A stretch of 11,069 bases of DNA from positions 4,345 through 15,413 of the forward strand of contig CAZOYL010000046.1 of the NCBI GenBank assembly GCA_964584035.1. The letters are read 5' to 3'. Positions 7,376-11,069 of this stretch are shown here, piece by piece. Made by a program: the position numbers and the translations under genes. The DNA comes from an uncultured Gemmatimonadota bacterium (GTDB lineage Bacteria; SM23-81). The notes under the pieces were generated by a model. It was not told the origin of the DNA. It searched no databases and saw nothing but the letters and a program-made list of their open reading frames with translations. How positions within the stretch are numbered: the first letter of the stretch is position 1; the number at the start of each line of letters is the position of its first letter.

Positions 7376-7487
7376 AAAAGCCTCCCTTGCGGGTTCGCCG
7401 ATCATTCCAAAACGTATAACGGGCATGGACCTCGTCTCCCCCGCTCTTTCGGGTCTCTACCATCATCTCAACGGGGAACATTCAAAC

Positions 7488-9755
7488 TCAGGACCTTGCG
7501 ATCACCCGGGCGGCCGCTGTACGGCCGTTCATCATTGCGCGCCAGCTGGTTCCATTAGACAACACCTCGATTCTGACGGACCCGCCGGGCTTGAGACCCT
7601 GCTCCAGCATCAGCACCCGCCGACGCGTAAGCCCGATCCTGAGCAGCAATGCCAGCGAACGGCGGCCCTCCTGAAGCTGAAACCGGAACCGGCGGATGTT
7701 GCCTATCCGCCGATAAGTGGCGGCGACCCTGTCACGGCCCACGGCGAAACGGAACCGCACCGTGCCCCACTCGTCAGGGACGGATGGCTGGATGAGCACC
7801 CGGTTTTGCAGGGCATCGGGTCGTATGCCTAAATAATCCTGATAGACGACCCGGATATACTCGGCCAGACTCCAGGCTTGAGAATAGGTGCCGGCCTCAT
7901 TATCGTTCTCCTCGATCGGTACGGCGTTGAACAGCTCGCTGAGAGTTCCGGCAGAGCCCTTGTCCAGAATATGATCGGTGAGTATTCCGGTCAGAGCAGA
8001 GGCCCTGGAAAGATATCCGTGCCTGACCAGCGCCGTGATCAGCGGGCCGGTCAGCCAGGGCCAGACATCGCCGTTATGATAGGCCTGATCGAAGTGATAG
8101 CGCCGCCCGCCGATGTGCTGCGGACGAAACTGAGGATCATCCGCGTCCAGAGTGCTGACCCCGTATGGGGTGACCAGCCTGCGGAGCAGCTTTTGAAGAA
8201 CCGATCGTTCCTGCTTCAATGTCAGCAGCGGATCACGCGTCACGGTAAGGGCAAGAAGCGCGTTGGGTCGGATCTGCCGATCCGGGGAACCGTCGGAATT
8301 GAGGTGGTCGTACAGATACCCCCGATCCGGATCCCAATACAGACGCTGGAAAACATCGCTCACCCGGTCGGCCCAACATTGCCACCGATCCGCCAATGGC
8401 GCCCGCCCGCAAAGACCGGCCAGGCGTGAGCCGGCCGTCAGGGCGGCCTGCCAGAGCGCCTGGATCTCGACGGCCCGATCATCCCGGGGAGTCACCGGGT
8501 GTGCATCGCCGCCGGCGTCCATCCAGGTTTCGGCCGGACCGTGCCGGACCAGGCCGTGCGGATCGGTTCGCAGACGGATTTCCCCCTCCAGAGCATTCTC
8601 CACCGCGGGAAAAAGCTTTTTCAGGGTGATCGTGTCGCCGGAATATCGCCCGTATTCCTCCAGCTGCCGCACGAACCAGAGGGTGCCGTCGGCGGTGTTG
8701 TACATCCGGGTACCGGGTTCCAGGAGATTGGGGATCCTTCCAAAGGTCTTCGATCCCCGCCGTTCATCCTGCTGGCCGGCCAATGATGACAGCAGTTTGC
8801 GAGCCAGCAGGAACTGTCCCGTGACCCAGGAGGATCCGGGAAGCGATAGGCAGGTGTCTCTGCCCCAGTAGTTGGCGAACCAGGGGAATCCGGCATAGAT
8901 GCCTCTTCCACTCTGGTTCATGATCAGGCCGTCCAGAGAGATTCGCGCCCAGGCCAGGGCGGTATTGAAACGAGCCTGATCGGTATGGACCGGACAGCTG
9001 GACAGCAGTCTCTGCAGACGCTTTTTTTTCCGGAGGATGAGGCGTCCGGCAGAGGGTAGGATCCTCGCGAAACGCTCCCGCAGCTCTTTTTGATTGCGGC
9101 CGGCCAGACATAGAAAACGGGCTCTCCCTCTGATGGCTTGAAAGTGGAGATCGCCCGGCTCATAGGGGTAGCTCCCGGCCATGACCCCGCGAAGTTTCCC
9201 GCGCCGGTAAATACACCGTTCCTGCCGGGCACGGGGCTGAAAAATCAGCGGCACATCGGCGCCCAGTCCCATCCAGGCAGGGGACCCCTCGACGGTCAGG
9301 TCACCACGCAGCAGTACCAGGCGTTCTCCGGGACGCCAGCGCACCTGATAGCGGGTCCGCCGGGGCTGCCGAACCGGACGTATGTCCGCCACCGGACACC
9401 AGACTCCCCGCTCCAGTCCTGGCCCCCGTAACTCGACTACCAGGGCGGACAGGCCGTCCAGCAGGCAGATCGTCTCCCGCAGGCCGGTTTCAGGATATAT
9501 CCGCTCCAGCAGATGCGGGTGCATCCGCACGGCGGCTGCAGCGGGATTCAACCACCGGCCATCAATCTGAAATCGCCAGGTCTCCAGCAGCTTCTGCATC
9601 CGGACACACAGTCCGTGATAGCTGCGCGAAGGCCCGGCCGAGGTTTCGCCGCTCCAGTGAGCGGTTTCCTTATCGGTGTAAACGTATTCTCTGCTGATCC
9701 CGGGAGGAATCTCTATGATCAGGCGATCAAAATCATCGAGTTGGTGCGGACTCAT
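7488..9755 (-). CDS. Amylo-alpha-1,6-glucosidase / glycogen debranching enzyme-like protein (GDE_C, GH133-like), about 755 aa
   Basis: IYAGFPWFANYWGRDTCLSLPG, GRIPN, YNTADGTLWF, TWMDA, PRDDRAVEIQALW, IRPNALLAL, YHNGDVWPWL, GTLSELFNA, SQAWSLAE. ATG 9755 follows the SD GGAGGAG. The ORF-track start at 9860 would run through an intergenic hairpin. Confidence 0.9.
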   Translation of the reverse strand: MSPHQLDDFDRLIIEIPPGISREYVYTDKETAHWSGETSAGPSRSYHGLCVRMQKLLETWRFQIDGRWLNPAAAAVRMHPHLLERIYPETGLRETICLLDGLSALVVELRGPGLERGVWCPVADIRPVRQPRRTRYQVRWRPGERLVLLRGDLTVEGSPAWMGLGADVPLIFQPRARQERCIYRRGKLRGVMAGSYPYEPGDLHFQAIRGRARFLCLAGRNQKELRERFARILPSAGRLILRKKKRLQRLLSSCPVHTDQARFNTALAWARISLDGLIMNQSGRGIYAGFPWFANYWGRDTCLSLPGSSWVTGQFLLARKLLSSLAGQQDERRGSKTFGRIPNLLEPGTRMYNTADGTLWFVRQLEEYGRYSGDTITLKKLFPAVENALEGEIRLRTDPHGLVRHGPAETWMDAGGDAHPVTPRDDRAVEIQALWQAALTAGSRLAGLCGRAPLADRWQCWADRVSDVFQRLYWDPDRGYLYDHLNSDGSPDRQIRPNALLALTVTRDPLLTLKQERSVLQKLLRRLVTPYGVSTLDADDPQFRPQHIGGRRYHFDQAYHNGDVWPWLTGPLITALVRHGYLSRASALTGILTDHILDKGSAGTLSELFNAVPIEENDNEAGTYSQAWSLAEYIRVVYQDYLGIRPDALQNRVLIQPSVPDEWGTVRFRFAVGRDRVAATYRRIGNIRRFRFQLQEGRRSLALLLRIGLTRRRVLMLEQGLKPGGSVRIEVLSNGTSWRAMMNGRTAAARVIARS

Positions 9756-9810
9756 GTCTCCTCCGGGAGGCAGAACGACGATGAGATCTCCAGGGTTGTC
9801 CAGGACAGAA

Positions 9811-9839
9811 GGAAGAGCGGCCCGGGGAGCCGCTCTTCC
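9811..9839 (-). terminator. GC-rich hairpin downstream of the aminotransferase; possible intrinsic terminator or mRNA stabiliser
   Basis: Perfect 11-bp inverted repeat ggaagagcggc (9811-9821) / gccgctcttcc (9829-9839) with a 7-nt loop. On the minus strand it is followed by TTCTGT, only a weak U-tract. Confidence 0.6.
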
Positions 9840-9881
9840 AGGAAGCACCGGCATAAACACGATCTTTCAGAACGATGCCGG

Positions 9882-11048
9882 TCATAAAGATTCCAGGGTT
9901 TTACGGATCCGCGCCAACCCCTCTTCGATGTTGGCCACGGAATTGGCATATGAAAATCTCAAATAGCCGTCACCATGCTGGCCGAATGAGGTTCCCGGCA
10001 GAACGGCCACCCCCCCCTCCTGAAGCAGACGATCGGCCAGTTGGCGACAGTCTAGGCCGGTCTGGGTAACGTTCGGAAAAACATAAAAAGCGCCCCGCGG
10101 CTTGAGGCAGGAGATGCCGTCGATCGCGTTGAGACCCTCCACGATGACGTCCCGGCGGCGGCGGAATTCTGTCACCATCTTGGTGACCTCGTCCTGCGGT
10201 CCCCGGAGCGCCTCGATGCCCGCCATTTGCGTGAAACTGCAAGTACAGGAATTGCTGTTGGTCTGAAGCTGAGCGATTTTCTGAGCCAGATCTGCCGGCA
10301 TCACCCCGTATCCCATACGCCAGCCGGTCATGGCATAAGATTTTGAATATCCGTTGAGAAGAATGGTCTGCGACGCCATATCCGGTTCCGAGAAGATGCT
10401 GTGATGCTGCCCCTCGTAAATGATCCGGTGATAGACCTCGTCGGTCAGCACAACGATGTTCTTCCCCCGAACCATGTCGGCGATGGCCGCGAGATTTTCC
10501 TTGCTGAGCACTCCGCCGGTGGGATTTTCCGGAGAATTGATGATCAACATTCGAGTTTTCGGCGTGATCAAGCTGACCAGCTCCTCGATATCCATCTCAA
10601 AATCGTTTTCCTCTCGGAGAACGATGGGGACGGCTTTCCCGCCGATGAATTCGATCACCGATTCGTAGATGGGAAATCCCGGGTTGGGATAGATGACTTC
10701 ATCTCCCGGATTGATCAGCGCCAGGATAGCGAAAAACATAATGGGTTTGGCTCCCGGCGTAACCACCACCTGATCCGGATTGACTTCGACACCCCAGGCC
10801 CCGGAGACCTCCCCGGCGATCGTTTCCCGAAGGGCGGGCAGGCCGGCGGAAGGACCGTAGTGAGTATAACCTTCATCGATCGCTTTTTTCGCCGCCCGGC
10901 GTATGTTTTCCGGAGTATCGAAATCGGGTTCTCCGATTTCCAGATGAATGATCGTTCTTCCCTTTGCTTCAAGGGCTCGAGCCTTGGCTAAAACTTCGAA
11001 TGCGGTTTCGGTTCCGAGCCGCGACATCCGTTCCGCCAAAGGTATCAC
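9882..11048 (-). CDS. PLP-dependent class I/II aminotransferase (aspartate aminotransferase-like), 388 aa
   Basis: IIHLEIGEPDFDTP, THYGPSAGLPALRE, VVVTPGAKP, INSPENPTGG, TDEVY, PLP-lysine motif NGYSKSYAMTGWRMGY, PRGAFYVFPN, YLRFSYA. GTG 11048 follows the SD AGAGGAGG. Substrate specificity cannot be determined from sequence alone. Confidence 0.96.
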   Translation of the reverse strand: MIPLAERMSRLGTETAFEVLAKARALEAKGRTIIHLEIGEPDFDTPENIRRAAKKAIDEGYTHYGPSAGLPALRETIAGEVSGAWGVEVNPDQVVVTPGAKPIMFFAILALINPGDEVIYPNPGFPIYESVIEFIGGKAVPIVLREENDFEMDIEELVSLITPKTRMLIINSPENPTGGVLSKENLAAIADMVRGKNIVVLTDEVYHRIIYEGQHHSIFSEPDMASQTILLNGYSKSYAMTGWRMGYGVMPADLAQKIAQLQTNSNSCTCSFTQMAGIEALRGPQDEVTKMVTEFRRRRDVIVEGLNAIDGISCLKPRGAFYVFPNVTQTGLDCRQLADRLLQEGGVAVLPGTSFGQHGDGYLRFSYANSVANIEEGLARIRKTLESL

Positions 11049-11069
11049 ATCACACCTCCTCTATGAAAT

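Noticed and set aside
7381..7396. AACCCGCAAGGGAGGC resembling the 16S rRNA helix 44 tip
   Set aside because: Only about 16 nt with no flanking rRNA similarity; it is explained by a GNRA mini-hairpin plus the SD.
7440..7470. Hammerhead-like core (GATGAT-GG...CC-CGAAAG) or c-di-GMP-I riboswitch-like GAAA element on the minus strand
   Set aside because: It lacks the CUGANGA core and stems I/III of a hammerhead, and lacks the GGCAAACC...GGGACGCAAAGC pattern of the c-di-GMP-I riboswitch.
9756..9860. 35-aa N-terminal extension of the glucosidase
   Set aside because: It runs through the intergenic hairpin; ATG 9755 has a strong SD.

Overview
Housekeeping-type region of a GC-rich diderm bacterium (it encodes BamA; an FCB-group lineage such as KSB1/Zixibacteria is only a guess from gene style). 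All eight credible genes lie on the minus strand. In order of transcription: PLP-dependent class I/II aminotransferase; GH133-like amylo-alpha-1,6-glucosidase; SpoIID/LytB-domain envelope protein; a sigma70-like promoter; a 64-aa basic CxxC...CxC protein resembling DUF4295/bL38; a TIGR03960 radical SAM protein fused to a TIGR03936 domain; Rne/Rng ribonuclease; rplU; and the 5' part of bamA, which is missing from the ORF track because it runs off the window. The most notable observations are the putative Zn-binding bL38-like small protein heading the radical SAM-rng-rplU cluster, a degenerate 7 x 14-bp tandem array upstream of rplU, and bamA sitting where rpmA normally follows rplU. No mobile element, CRISPR array, tRNA or rRNA was seen. 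All family calls come from motif recognition, not database searches.
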